The position numbers were made by a program, and so were the translations under genes. From contig CM121341.1 of assembly GCA_051530055.1 (NCBI GenBank), positions 11,386,784 to 11,450,783 on the forward strand: 64,000 nucleotides of DNA, in the 5' to 3' direction. Source of the DNA: Neoechinorhynchus agilis. Taxonomy: Eukaryota > Animalia > Acanthocephala. Below, piece by piece: positions 50,300-63,604 of the stretch (position 1 is its first letter; every line of letters begins with the position of its first letter). The notes beneath the pieces were generated by a model that made no database searches, was not told where the DNA came from, and saw only the letters and a list, made by a program, of their open reading frames with translations.

Positions 50300-50760
50300 G
50301 CTCACTTCATCTTATTTTCTTATCAACATCCAAGCGCTTATAGTTCTGATGAGAATGGAGGAACATATTTATCCTCCATTACATCGAGGATGCATCCAGC
50401 GATCCGATTCTGAATCGCTGGTTCTCTCATAAAAATATTTGGCTCTATTGCAGTCCTTTGCCCAGATTTATAACCGCTACAGAGAGGATTGTGAGATTAA
50501 GGTGACTCGGGACAAACCATCGGATTATCTGCCTTTCATCAATTTGTGCTCCAAAGTTAATCAGGTCACTGATTTCAGTTGGTATCGCAAACCGTAAAAG
50601 GTTAGTCATGCATCGAGATTCCCATCATCCTTGATGCACAGTACAACGCTGGTTTGCTCATCTTCATTAATGGAGAACAGAACGCAATTTGTCGCTGATA
50701 AGAAATGCCTCCTGTATCACACAAACATTCGTTGGCTCTCCAGGGAAAAGTGTAGAAGCG
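50300..50760 (+). mobile_element. Penelope-like element RT relic
   Basis: EIKVTRDKPSDYLPFINL...FSWYRKP matches the Penelope IKFT.E....LPFL....YRKP motif; stops present. Confidence 0.5.
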
Positions 50761-51665
50761 TGTCGTACAATTCAAGACTAAACTGATTTCATTATCAGAC
50801 TCTGAACAAAAGAACTTTAAATGTTTTATTCATGATGCAAGGTGTAATTTCTCTCGGAATTATTCGACAAATTCATTTCTTACAAACCATTTCCCCAATT
50901 TATAAAAGTTCCGATGAGAACGGAGGAACATCTTGAACCTCGATTATCTCCACATTCCCTTCCTGAATCGTTGATGCGGATAACCATTTTCCAATCCTTG
51001 GCTAAGGAATTCTGCAATACTTGGCCTGACAACACTAAAACTGTTATTTTGCACGTAAAGGTTGACAAATGAAGTGTTTTTTTATTAAATTCATTTCTTT
51101 ATTGGGCGAGATGGATGTTTCCTTCTCTTAGATATTGGTTCCGAATCGTTGCTTCTAGATGCTTTCTGTGCGTTCTCCTTTTGGCGGCTGCGGATTTCTC
51201 TATTGTTTAGAATTTCACATATTTCTCCAAACTTTCTTGGTGTTGAAGAAACCCGGCTCGCGTTCATTTCCAAGAGACATTATCATCTTTATTTTGTGCT
51301 AAGATTTAGAATTTGGTTTCTAAGAAACAGCTTCGGACTTAAAATGTCGAGAACGACCCATGCATGAGAAAAGGTTGGGCACCACTGTTCTAAAGACTTT
51401 TAGGGTTATCAAATCCTTGAGTGCTTTCCTTAAATTTAGAATATTCAAACTAGAGTCTTTCGCTATGAAGAATTCTGCGAGTTAATATTAAAAAATTTAA
51501 GTCAAAGAAAAATGATCAAATTTAATACTCGTTTTTCTCTCCGATCGACAATTGGTGGTCTATTCAAGAATTCTCTAAGATAAGTAGGATAAATAAAATA
51601 TATTCGGCATATTTTAAAGTATTGAGGATTGTATTTGGGTGGTGGATATGTATTGTTATTTAGGT

Positions 51666-51749
51666 CTCGACAACCGAGAGGAGGGATCTTGTTAAAGACG
51701 AATTAATATATTTCAACTGATTGAATCAGAGTCATTTTATCAATTCAAT
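51666..51749 (+). repeat. Short interspersed repeat; second copy at 62636-62711
   Basis: gggatcttgttaaagacgaa..aatatatttc.actgattgaatcagagtcattttatcaattcaat is nearly identical at both sites. Confidence 0.85.
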
Positions 51750-52214
51750 CTAAAATTTTGCTGGCATCGACAAGCATTTCCTGAGCTACGACAGAATCCG
51801 GATGTTGTCAAGGTGGATTTTTCAGACGATTAGAAGATTTTCCTTGTCTCCCCATCTTAGATTTGGCAGTATATTTTAAGTTTAAAGCTTGATTTTATTT
51901 GAAGATTCTCATTTCTTGATTTGAGCATTGAAATTCAAGTTCAAGTTTTGTTTCAACCAATAAAAATCATTTTTCGCTTTGGGCTGTAAAAACATTCATT
52001 TTTTTAGAAAATTCCTATTCGAATGGTTAACTTGCGTTACATAAGATGCGATACGAATAATTACGTCTGTATTGCTCTGTAAAATTCTAATTTGAGTTTA
52101 AGAATTATCATTTAAGCGTTAAATCTTCGTTATTCAAAAAAAACCAATTTTATTATTTGATTCTTAAATGTTTTAGGACTTCCCTTCTTCGGCCTTTTAA
52201 CTTTTCATTCTTGG

Positions 52215-52460
52215 CATGAAGCCACCCCGATCGCTTACATCAGGCAAGCGTATAAAATCACACTTAATACGCTGAACCATACGGTTATGAATTTATACAT
52301 CCCCGTCCAAGGAAGCGAGACTCATCAGTGAGTTTTTTTCTTTGACGGGGTATTTCGTCCTATTTAATTATGAATAATCGGTGATCGTGGATTTCGAACC
52401 TTTTTGACGCTGAAACTGCGATTCAGGGCTAAAGTTTACTTGACATCCTCAGCACAACTA
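52215..52460. mobile_element. MITE family D, partial copy
   Basis: Matches the reverse complement of ~49980-50200 (tttttgacgc.gaaactgcgattcagggct; gactcatcagtgagttt). Confidence 0.65.
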
Positions 52461-53155
52461 CGGAAAGTTGGTAAAAGGAAGCAGTCTTAATTTCACACAT
52501 TCTTGAATTCCGTCAAAAGCAATCTTGTAAACCCATACGACCGAAAAATATCCATACTTAAAGCATTCAATATTTCTCATATTTTTATTCTTTCTGTAAT
52601 ACGATTTCTTCCCTTATCGTTAAAGAGACTCGATCGAATGTTTGATCTTAGCCGTCCTTAAATTAGAATTTAACTTAAACAATGAGAAACACGCTATTCT
52701 TATTAGTCTATTTTGATTAAAGTAACCCGGAATTCTTAGTGAATTATTCTGGAACCATTAAGTTCTCGATTAGTTAGGTTTTCCGCTGGCATTAAGAGGG
52801 AAAAAAGTGTCTACAGCGATTTAATGTTCGTTTCTCGATTCTCTAAAATCGAAATGATCAATTAACCACGTTCGATCGACGAGAGCACCTTGTGAATAAT
52901 CCGTCACAACAACAACAATCGCACCTTTGTTCGTCTTATGGCCTAACGACAGCGAGTAAATCTTTATAATCAGAGTAAAGATATATTGTTCGATGTTTCC
53001 AACGCACACCTTAACACTCGCGTTTGACAAGCATTCGTGCAAACGTAGCGACAGAACATCTAAGCGAGCTCTACAACGAACCAACCGCACACACACACAA
53101 ATTTAAAGTGTGTAGCTTTTTTAAAGTTCTCAGGATTCTTTTATTCTAGAGATCC

Positions 53156-55268
53156 ATGTCCATAGAACGAGAAGTGGACGACGATCATTCGGATCGATAC
53201 GAACACCTAAAAAAGCTAAAACAGACATTTGCTATAAGAATCCCCAGGACTCGAAGATCCAATCGACCTTCAGGTGTGTGTGTTCATCGATACACAATCG
53301 TGTACTCATGCTAAATACTCACAGATGTAGCATTCCGGCAGCAACGGTTGCCAGCATGGCAGCCGATCATTACGGCTAACACAGCGGTACCAGTACTTTT
53401 CCTAGCTGGCCTCATTTTCATCCCGCTAGGAATCGGCATCCTAATCACTTCCGATTCTGTACACGAATTCGTGGTGGATTACACCGACTGTGAATCCGCA
53501 GACTGGAGCGAATTCCCTTCTAGAAAGTGCAAAGACGTTCTTGCTTCAAACATCTTTAACCATTGTGAATGCTCTCTGAACTTCACAATCAACGATCAGT
53601 TCGATGGCAACGTCTTCTTTTATTATGGTTTATCGAATTATTATCAAAATCTTCGGCGATATGTATCCTCGAGAGATGACGCACAACTCCTAGGTGCCTC
53701 AATAGACGATCGATCGCGTTTATCAGACTGTAAACCTTTCATTGGACCTGGCTACAATGAAACCATAATCAGTTATGCACCATGTGGAAGTATTGCAAAT
53801 AGCTTATTTAACGGTTAGTAAGGTCGTCTTGTCGATCAATAAAATCATTCAGGTCATTGCATCTCTACCTCGGCTTTAGGCATAAGGGCCCCGGCATAAA
53901 GCCACACCGAACTAATTGAGACCGGAGACGATTCGGGTACGAGATTTTGTTGAGATAACCGAAAACCCAATGGGAGGTGGTTTTATAAAAAGCAAAATTG
54001 GGGTACTAATTGTTGAAAATAACCACCTTTTCTTTGTACTATTGAACTATTTAGTGGTTTTGTTTCACTGCAAGATCTCTGATTCTCTTCTGGCAAAAAA
54101 CACCCTGCTGATCCGGATAAAATTGATGTTTCGGATAATCGACGTTCCACTCTATTTTACTTTAAGAAACAATTTCCCCCCAAAACCATGATCTAATGTT
54201 CGTTTTCATTGATAACATCGGAAAAGATTTCATTATCGATATCTCAAATAGGGATTTTTGTTCTGAAAATTTACAACAATAGAACGTCGTTTATCCGCGA
54301 ATTGATTGACACCATTCAGGTATGAGATTTTGTTGAGATAACCGAAAGCCCAATGCGAAGTGGCTTAAAAAACGTAAAATTGGTATAGGATTACATAATT
54401 TTAGCATTATTTTTCTCTGCACCATTTTGTTTCGTCGTGAGGTCTCTGATTCTCTTCTGGCAAAGGACAGCATTCTGATCAGGATAAAATTGACGTAATC
54501 GACTTTCCACTGTATTTGGAGCGTTCGAACATTGTGTATATTGAACACAAAAACGAATTGAACATAGGGACGTCGCCGGTAGGCAAAGGTGGAAAGCGGA
54601 CATTTTTGGTTTCTGATTTTCCTCGCAAATCCATTAACTTTTTCTACATTTTTTAAAAATCGCTCTATACGGTGTAGATTCTTTGAGTCTATATAAACGA
54701 GACCAAGATGGGCAAGATAAAAGAATTCAATGGGATAAGAAAGGAATAGCATGGATTACGGACAGGCTGTACAAGTTCCACAATCCTGCTAGAGGTAACT
54801 CATTTCTTAGCACTATTTTTTGTGACTATTGTTGCGATTGAAGGATTCGGTGGTACTGTCCGGCCTCCGTATTGGCGGATAAATATCGACCAATTGGGAG
54901 CGGGCAGCGATAATGGAGTAGGCTATGAAAATGAGGATTTTATGGTCTGGATGAGAACAGCCGCAATGCCTGATTTTAGAAAGTTGTACGCTCGTCTCCC
55001 ATCTTCCGAACAAGTTAATTCGTCCTCAAATTCGATCACGGCCGGGAACTACACTCTACGAATAGTCTACAATTATCCGGTGCACGAGTTCAAGGGACGA
55101 AAAACATTCATAATGTCGACAACATCTTGGCTCGGAGGCAAAAACTCGTTTCTGGGATATGCCTATATCGTAATGGGTGTTCTATGCACGGTAACCGGTA
55201 CTTTATTCCTCATCTTACACATTACTTACGGAACTCGCCTTACCGAATCAGTCGATGCGAGTTTCTAA
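53156..55268 (+). CDS. TMEM30A: CDC50/TMEM30 flippase beta subunit; exons 53156-53273, 53325-53813, 54678-54794, 54844-55268; 382 aa
   Basis: AFRQQRLPAWQP, YYQNLRRYVSSRDD.QL, PCGSIANSLFND, ENEDFMVWMRTAAMPDFRKLY, TTSWLGGKNSFLG. All introns are GT-AG and in phase. Confidence 0.96.
53900..54152. mobile_element. Family C pogo-type MITE, 5'-truncated, in CDC50 intron 2
   Basis: Ends TTCGGATAATCGACGTTCCACTC|ta; body matches 59595-59867. Confidence 0.8.
54277..54512. mobile_element. Family C pogo-type MITE, second copy in CDC50 intron 2
   Basis: CAATAGAACGTCGTTTATCCG ... GTAATCGACTTTCCACTG|ta. Confidence 0.75.
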
Positions 55269-57934
55269 CAATTATGTGTCTGTGTGCTCAATATAAGTGG
55301 AATGGAGATTTAATAAAATTTATCAATATTGGATTGTACGATAAGGAGTTTAAAGGCGAAATGATTCTGTCTTGAAGATTTTAGCTACGAGTCTGTTGCA
55401 ACGTAGACTTTATCCAATCACATGATAACTAATCGACCCAGCAAGAGCTTTAAATTCAATAAGTTGAATTTGTTAGGGTGAACGAAAATTAAATTAAAGT
55501 CTAATAAACTTTCTAGTCTCAAATTTGCTGCAGGCGCATTTAAGGGAAGACAAGGTAAATGGACTGAGACATAAAGAAATCTCTAAGCAATCACAAAAAG
55601 AAATTAATTACAAATCTGTCACCAAAATGCAATTAGGGTGTACTCCGGAGATAACTTTTCTGTCTCTTCTAAGCGCAACATAACCTCTTTATCTGCAATA
55701 ATTAAATTATTCTGTCGGTCCTATTACGATTAATAAATGCTTTAAAAGATATAGTTTCGAATAAAGAGGAGGGAGGCTGTTTCTGTTCCCGATGCGATTG
55801 CTTAACATGGCAAAACAAAGGCAAAAAAAGAAGAATAACACGCTTGCTATTAGCTTGCCAGAAAATGAGTAGGATAATTGCAGGTATCATTGACGAAATT
55901 CGCGTCAAAGAAATGCTGTAAAGTGACATGTCTCAGAGGAAAATTTTAATAGGATGCAAAAATTTTAATTTTCCTAATGATTTTAATTTTTTACATTATA
56001 TAGCCACATTGTTATAGCATCTCTTGAGAATGGTACCCTTGAATTCTGTTTTGTAAAAAAATACGTTATCGGCAATTGGTTCAGGTTTCTAAAACTTAAC
56101 CATAGGTTTTAACAGTTTAAATTCCTACCATTTCTACAATCTTGGTTTAAATACATGTTTGCGTTTGCATCCAGCAACCTTTTGAATTTGATGTAGACAT
56201 CTTGTACATTTCAAATTTTTAAATCTATCGAGATTTCTTCATTTAAAAAGATTTAATGTCCTGTAACCATTAAAACGCGCAATATGCAACCTAAAAGCAA
56301 TTTTAAAGGCCCAAAATGGGTGATTGATCTTCTTGTCCCCTAAGAAAGTCTCTCGTATACGAAGAGAGCACAATCAAAATATTGGTGCATTCATGATGTG
56401 TAGATACTAGGCGTTAGGAATAATTATTTCCAAAGGGAATTGTGTCTGGAGTGCGAGCTCATTTCTTCGCTATGCTTTGCTTGACACTCAAGGTTTTCAT
56501 GGCAAGTCGTTTATGATGGATAACACTTAAGACGCGATTTGTTAACGGTAATTTAAATTAAAGTGAACATTGAGAAATCAATTCACCGTTTTAGGATTTA
56601 TGGAAAAATAATGGTTCTGCTGCATGGAAATTAGAACCTTTAATATTTTCGAGGCAACATAATTTGTTTTGGTTCACTAGACGAAAACTATAGGCTCCTA
56701 AATATAAATAATCTTATGCCTTTAGCGCTGACTGTCGTTTCAAAAAAGGGAAAAAAGAAATTGAATTTTGGTCAAAACTTAAGAAAAGGGTGCTGAAATC
56801 TGTACCAGAGATGAGTTACACTGAATTATTATATAAATTTGGAGAGGTTTTTATTTTAAATTATTTTTACGGGGCTCATAATTTGTATTCTGCAACTTAT
56901 TATCTTCCACTAAAAATAATCGAAAACGGTTTCCGCTATACTGGGCTCGCTTAAGAAAATTTAAAGTTACATTGGAACTGAAGCAAAAGTTTCCTTGGGC
57001 AATATTAATTAAATCGGAATGTTTTAGCACAGCGGGAATTTATTTGTTAACATTGGTTTTACGGAATCAAAAGTATTTTAATTATTTTTAAGATAACTTC
57101 CTCAAATAAATATTACGATTGATCACATTTAACATTACTTTTGATTAAAAGAGCGCAACAGGAACGAAACTTAATATTTTACCAACATTCTATTAATTTT
57201 AATACTTATTATTTGGGTGATAAACAGTTTGAAATATTTTTATGAAAGCAATGGTGCATAGGTTTAGCATGATGCTCATTACCACAAAGATATTGGAGCG
57301 TAGATTTTTCAGAATTTTCATTTCCACGATTGTATTAGAAATTTTATGCTTATAAAACATTTATAATTTTTGGCACAATTTTTTGACACTCAGAAAAAAA
57401 TTGGAAAAAAGTGCATAATTTATACCGGTTAGAAACTAAACAATTCCATAAAACGGTCTAGGCCGATAACTTATCAAAACCGTTCTTACTTCATTTTTAA
57501 TTGGATCAAAAACCCGCAATGTTGACATTTCTACGTCCTATGTTTGAAGAAAATGTCTTGATGAAGTGTCAGCTGATACTTGTAGAAGTTGTAAATTTGA
57601 ACTAAATCATATAAGAGTTTGAAGCGTACTGATGAAACGTTTCCATCAGTATTTCTAGTCGCTTAAGAAACTAGAATAATTTGAAGAAATCTCTTGATTC
57701 TTCTTTAGTGAACGTTATATGCACGTTTTCGTGCTCCAAGAATTCTTTTTCTTAAAGAAGGTATTAAAAACGTCTTGGGCGCCCGAGAGTTTGTTCCCGT
57801 TTTGAACCCTAGACCAACAACTGCGAAACTGAGCAATAATCTTATTTTATGAGAGCAAACTCGTGATTAGGTAGCCCGGCTATTGATTTAACAACATGAA
57901 ATTTTTGGATTATTATCTTTAGGCAAAATAGATC

Positions 57935-58143
57935 TTCTTTTTCTTAGTTTTCCCACCTCACCGGATTCAAAAATTCACTAATTTATTTACCGGATATTTC
58001 ATCTCTCGGATAATTTCGACATTTCCTCTCAAGGTTTGTCATTCTCCAAAAAATTGAAACGGAATTATTCCAGAGGTAAAATATTGGGGAAATAAATTAG
58101 TGAAGATTTAAATCCGTAGAGGTGGCAAAACTAAGAAAAAGAA
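57935..58143. mobile_element. MITE family B, copy 2
   Basis: ttctttttcttagtttt / aaaactaagaaaaagaa ends with internal inverted arms. Confidence 0.75.
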
Positions 58144-59095
58144 CGACAAGAATTTTTGTTAAAATTAAGTCTATATTATGGAACGATTCTAAATTTACCG
58201 CGTTTTCGTCCATGAACCGGATATGATGCATCTGTGTCATGGCAGCATTACATTGACAATTGAAGGCAATACGAACAAAAGTATCTCTAATGGGAAATTG
58301 TTAAGACAAAGCTAGGACTATTTTCCTATTATACGCCAAGAGTCCGCTTTAACCTTGCAAAATGAACGGGCTCATTAGACGACAAAACATTCCTTCGACG
58401 AAGGATCATGACAGCCGCCCGCCCACACACACATTTGATCCCGTCCTCACGGTCTTGTGCACATTTACCACAGGAATGCTGCTATTTTATCCAAAGCGAA
58501 GCAGTGTTCTCCTTCCACACAATAATGCGGAACAATTCCGCTCCCTTGGAAAACACGCGTACATATCCATCGCCTAAAACTTTTGAAAAATCAATGAACT
58601 TGTCGAAACGAACACAAAATTGCCTACCGAGCATACGCACGCGCGCTAGCGAGTGAGCGAACATGAACCGTTGAGATTGAACGTTTAATAAGTGCGAAAT
58701 AGGTTTTTTAACCTAAATTGCTTCGACTTGTCCATATTTTCTTCGTAAAGATATGTTACATAAGGCTGCACTTCTTCGTTGTACATGCCAAACACTCGTT
58801 TTTTGCAAACACTGCATCTCTTCTTCTTCTTGCTCGATCACCCCAATTCCCATTTTGCTGCCTCCATTTCTAGCGAGATGCTCTACACCATTCGTCCCTT
58901 CTTCAAACACTTCCTCTCAGATCATCTCTTCTTCCTTTATGCTTAGTGGTCCTCCATACATCACCGCCGAACTAAATGACGCCAACGCATAAGAGAAACA
59001 TCAAGTCCAGACAACCGGACAGACCTACCACTTCGTCGCTTCATTCATTCCTAAACAGACTTTCCATAGACTCATCAATAACGCTTGCTTCAGCA

Positions 59096-61710
59096 ATGGC
59101 AGCAGCCGCCCAAGCACGACGGAAATGCGACGACTGTGGACAACCTGATGAACGGTGCGTCGTCTGGGCTTGTGTTAGTCATGGTACGTTCCTATGTGAA
59201 GAATGCGCCGGCGCTCATAGGAGCATTGGGAGACACATTAGTCAAGTAAAACGATTGTCTGATGATTGGCCACCCACATTGTTGGCCATGATCCGCGAAT
59301 TAAACGGACGATGCCTCGTAAACTCACGGATTTTGGAATGTAATCAACTGAACGATAAACCGAGTCCAGATGATTCATACGAAACTAAAGCGGCATATAT
59401 CCGAAACAAGTACCAAAATATCAAGTTCGCTAATTTACCCTTAAATGGAAGTGAGTCTTGGAATAGTCTTATGAGGCTTTGAAGAAAAAAGTTCGCCCGT
59501 CATGTTCGATTGTACCGGTATCAATTTTCTTCTTTTTCTTCAAAAGTATCACATTCTAATCAAAGTGGCGCTACATGATCGAACTAAGGAACTACAGCAG
59601 AACGTCTTTATCTACGAATTAATTGGATCCGGACACCGTTCGGATACGAGATTTTGTTGAGATAACCGAAAACCCAATGTGATGTGTTCTTAGCGTGCCG
59701 TGGGGAATTTTTAAAAAAACCTAAAAATTGGGGTACTAATTGTTGAAAATAACCACTTTTCTCTGTACCGTTGAACTCTTTAGTAGTTTTGTTTCGTCGC
59801 AAGGCCCCTGATTCTCCTCTGGCAGATCCGGATAAAATTGATGTTTCGGATAATCGACGTTCCACTGTATGATTATTTAGATCACCCGGTCATCAAAATC
59901 TGCTTAGGCTTTATTAATATCAAAACGAAACGTTCGTGTGAAGAATCATTAGGGTTTGACTTGAGAAGAGGTAGTAATACTCACATTTTCACTCCCGTAC
60001 AAACTAGTAGAAAGGTGGTGCATTTCGTTCTATTTCTTGGGAAAAGACTCACTTGAATAGACGTAACCAACGCTACCACTAGCTTGGCCGAACTTGTCAG
60101 AAGTGGTCGTTCACTTCTTGATCAAGCATTGGTGCTCCTACTCATAGGAGCAGATCCTAACGCGATTACAGAAAACTTAGACAACCAGAACACAATATTA
60201 GTCGAAGCCGCCTCTCGAGGACTAGCTCTTATGGTTGAGTTATTGTGTGTTTGGGGTGGTGATCCAGGAATAACCGATTGCGAGGGCCATACGGTGGATG
60301 AAATATGCCGATCAATCGATCCCGTACTATCCGATCGTCTCATCCAAATTCAGAACGAACTCACTACACGATTGGAGACATACGCTCAGCGATTCCTCCG
60401 AACGGCGTCCGTTTCGAGACAACCAAATATAAAGATGTGCCGGTTGACGGAACACGCATTTGGCGATCTTCTCCGAGATATATTTGACGAGATCGATCGG
60501 CGTGAATGTAACGCTCTAACGTGCGAGATCCAAGTTAACGAGAGCACACAGCCCAGCGATAAACCTAGTATACCTTTTTTGTTTGTACCGTTTTTACCAG
60601 TGCCATTGGGCATTCTCGGATGGGACCGAGTCTAAGAATGACCCTTTGATAAACAGTTTTCTATCTGCAATGCGTAACCAAGCACGACAAAAACTAGCGA
60701 GATTATCCGAATCGGATTTTGTATGTCTTGTGATTGATGCTCTTCTTGAGAACCAACGAAGACATCCTCCAGCGGAACAACCGGCCGATGAACCCCTTTA
60801 CGATCACGTAGCGTCAGAAGACGAATGTCCCAAGATTCCTGAAAGGAAAGAAGGCGATGATAAAAACGAAGCTATTCGTATATGCGTGAATCTGAGCGAA
60901 CGAGTTATTAACCTAGAAGACCAACTTAAGCAGTTAACTACGGTGAACGAAAGCCTTCGTCGTGAACTCCACAGTCTCAAAAACCATTTGATCAGTTTCA
61001 TTGAACAAAAGCAGGCTAACAATGGCTTTATGTTCGCGCATGTTGATCAGGACGAGCTCAGCAGTCCGACTATGGCTACTCTGAGGTTTAGTCAGACAAT
61101 GGAATCTGACTATGACAACAATACTACAACCAACAATCACCATAGTACCACGGCAATAATGCTAATGAACCATCAACGAATATCGTTTGGTTCGGAAAAT
61201 GCCCGCAGTGTGCCGACGTTTACTGGGGGTGCTACGTGGAACATCGACACGTGCGTTCAATATGATACCAGTGTTCAGGGGGGCCAGTCGAACATTGAGC
61301 AGGCAACCATGGATTGTATCGAATGCATCAGTCGGTTTCATGAGCTCATAAAAAACTCATTTGGTCAAGCGAGTGGGGTTCAAAGGGGTAAAATAGGCGA
61401 GCAAGCGGAAGAAGTGCGGCAAGTCCTTCATTGGCTCGCTAATGAGGCCCGTAAGAGTTCCAGACCTCCGACTGGGTGTATGATCAATCAGCTCAAATCC
61501 GGAGGTGACCGACTATTCTGCTTGGCAAGTGATCACAAGATTGCTGTTAAAGCCGGGAATGAGGACGCTGCTCGGTCAGTTTTAGATCAGATGGTTGATT
61601 GCTGCTACGAAATCGGGTGCTGCATGAAACGGCTCATTGGAATGACCGTGATCGGTAGAAAGGAAGATCCGCAGCAGCATTTAAAGGATGACCGCTCGAC
61701 AGATCAGTGA
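59096..61710 (+). CDS. GIT: GIT-family ArfGAP (ArfGAP zinc finger, ankyrin repeats, Spa2-homology repeats, C-terminal helical domain); exons 59096-59450, 60061-60599, 60637-61710; 655 aa
   Basis: CDDC...CEECAGAHRSIGRHISQVK, GADPN/WGGDP ankyrin repeats, DIFDEIDRRE, VPFLP...RNQARQKLARL, YDHVASED. Confidence 0.92.
59595..59867. mobile_element. Family C pogo-type MITE, full length, in GIT intron 1
   Basis: ta|CAGCAGAACGTCTTTATC ... TTCGGATAATCGACGTTCCACTG|ta. Confidence 0.85.
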
Positions 61711-62233
61711 ACAATAATCCGTTCATTTTGTATTTGTACAGCGAGGACTATTAAATATATATGTGTGCGTGCGATAAATTCACTGATTGCTAAAGGGAGA
61801 ATATCTTCGATTTCGGGGAGTTTTTCAAACTTTTTACCAAGAACCTGGCTAGAAAACATTATTACCCATCAATGAATCGTCCAAGAGACTGAGACGAATC
61901 AGCGAAGATCCGAGGACAGGAACGGAGAACGCTGAATCCGTCATTTCGACCATTACATCAAGAAGGCAGCCGAGTGATCCAGAGCGGCGGCGTAAATGTT
62001 TTTCGAACTTCTTTTTATATATACATTGCAATATAACTCAAACTTAGTCTTTGTTGAAAAATTTGGGAATTTAAATCCAATGTGATCTGTAAATAAGGAG
62101 AATGATTTTCTAACTCGTGTGGTCTAAAATAAAGATGCAAAATCTCACTAATTAAATCTCAAGGTTATTGAAAATTGTAAAGATGTTGTTCATAGTTTGT
62201 TTTGGTGAGGGCGAGATTCGGTGCAAAAGATAC

Positions 62234-62457
62234 TTTCTTTTTGCAGTTTTGCCGCCCAGGATTTAAATTCACTAATTTATTTCCCCAATATTTCACCTCT
62301 CGGATAATTCCGACATTTCCTCAAGGTTTATCGTTGTCTAAATGTTTTATTCTAATGATAAACGTTAGTGAAATGTCGGAATTATCCGAGAGGTGAAATA
62401 TCGGGTAATTAAATAAATGAATTTAAATCCGCAGGGGTGGCAAAACTAAGAAAAAAA
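62234..62457. mobile_element. MITE family B, copy 3
   Basis: Long inverted arms (ttcacctctcggataattccgacatttc / gaaatgtcggaattatccgagaggtgaa) and family B ends. Confidence 0.75.
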
Positions 62458-62827
62458 GGAATTTAATATTTCGTCCTCTACGTGAAATTTCTTCAAAATT
62501 GCTTATGTACGCTATTTATGGCTTTTTATCGATGATTCGCAATTTATGAAAACTAAGGTTCGTCACTAAGAAGTACCGAACGAATTTTTTGAATCACTGG
62601 GATATTTTATTGTTTAAGTCGCTTGTTAGCAAAACTCGACAAGCGGGATCTTGTTAAAGACGAACCAATATATTTCGACTGATTGAATCAGAGTCATTTT
62701 ATCAATTCAATTGTGTTTGCTGTATATACTCAAGAGAAAAAGTTTTTGCATGGAAGAAAGCAGAATTTATGTCAATGACGTCAACAATGCCTTTTTTTAG
62801 ATTTTTGTGGACCTATTGGAAAATTCG

Positions 62828-63604
62828 ATGCTGCGTAGTACATTTCAGTCCGGTTTCTTATCGATTTTCTACAGTCTCGGATCAGATCCCCTTCAGATTT
62901 GGACTCAGCAGGTATTTATCCGTTAATTTGAGAACTAGGTAACCACAAACCCAAAAGGTCCGTGGAGGTAAAATTGAATTTGTTGAGGATTCAGTGATAG
63001 ATAGTAAAGTTCTAGAGCTTACCAGTTCGAGCATAAGGTTTGATTGAATTAGAAATCGATTATTTCTGCCATTTTCGTTCAGTTCAACGTTCATATCGTG
63101 TCCGTCATGCTCTAGCGAAGGTCTTGGAATAAAGCTACCGATTTTTGTGATGATTGTTAAGAATCTTGACAAGTATTTCTCCTTTGAAGTTGAAGTACTT
63201 TTTTTCTATCAAATCTTTGATTTTTTTACAGTCGCTATTGAACAGATAATTGATGATCGATCAGTTGTTCGTCACTTCAGGGCAAACACTTTCCAGGCTG
63301 CTCAAAGAGTGAAGCCGTACATTTGCACAATGCCATTGTTGATGGACGAAGGATGGAATCAAGTTCAAATGGATTTGAACGATTTATGCCGCCGAGCGTA
63401 TAATACCACTTATAAGGAAACCAAGAGTGTTATGGTGAAACTAAAATATTTTAAGGACAATTTCCTATGAAAATCATTTAGGTTCATGCTAATTGCAGAT
63501 TAAGAAGAGCTTTTTTCGCCGAGAGGATATGCGCTGAAGATGAATTTCCAACTGAATTTAGACTTTATTATAAACGTGCTTCGGAAAATAGCGAGAATTT
63601 GTAA
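62828..63604 (+). CDS. CFAP20: Cilia- and flagella-associated protein 20 (BUG22), divergent; exons 62828-62911, 62958-63037, 63083-63194, 63246-63434, 63482-63604; 195 aa
   Basis: [59 protein letters not shown]. All introns are GT-AG and in phase. Confidence 0.95.

Noticed and set aside
52821-53096. 91-aa minus-strand ORF upstream of CDC50
   Set aside because: GTG start inside a CA repeat; no consistent splice model or homology.
58362-58992. Cluster of short ORFs on both strands upstream of GIT
   Set aside because: GC-richer promoter/5' UTR-like sequence; frames are interrupted and no family is recognisable.
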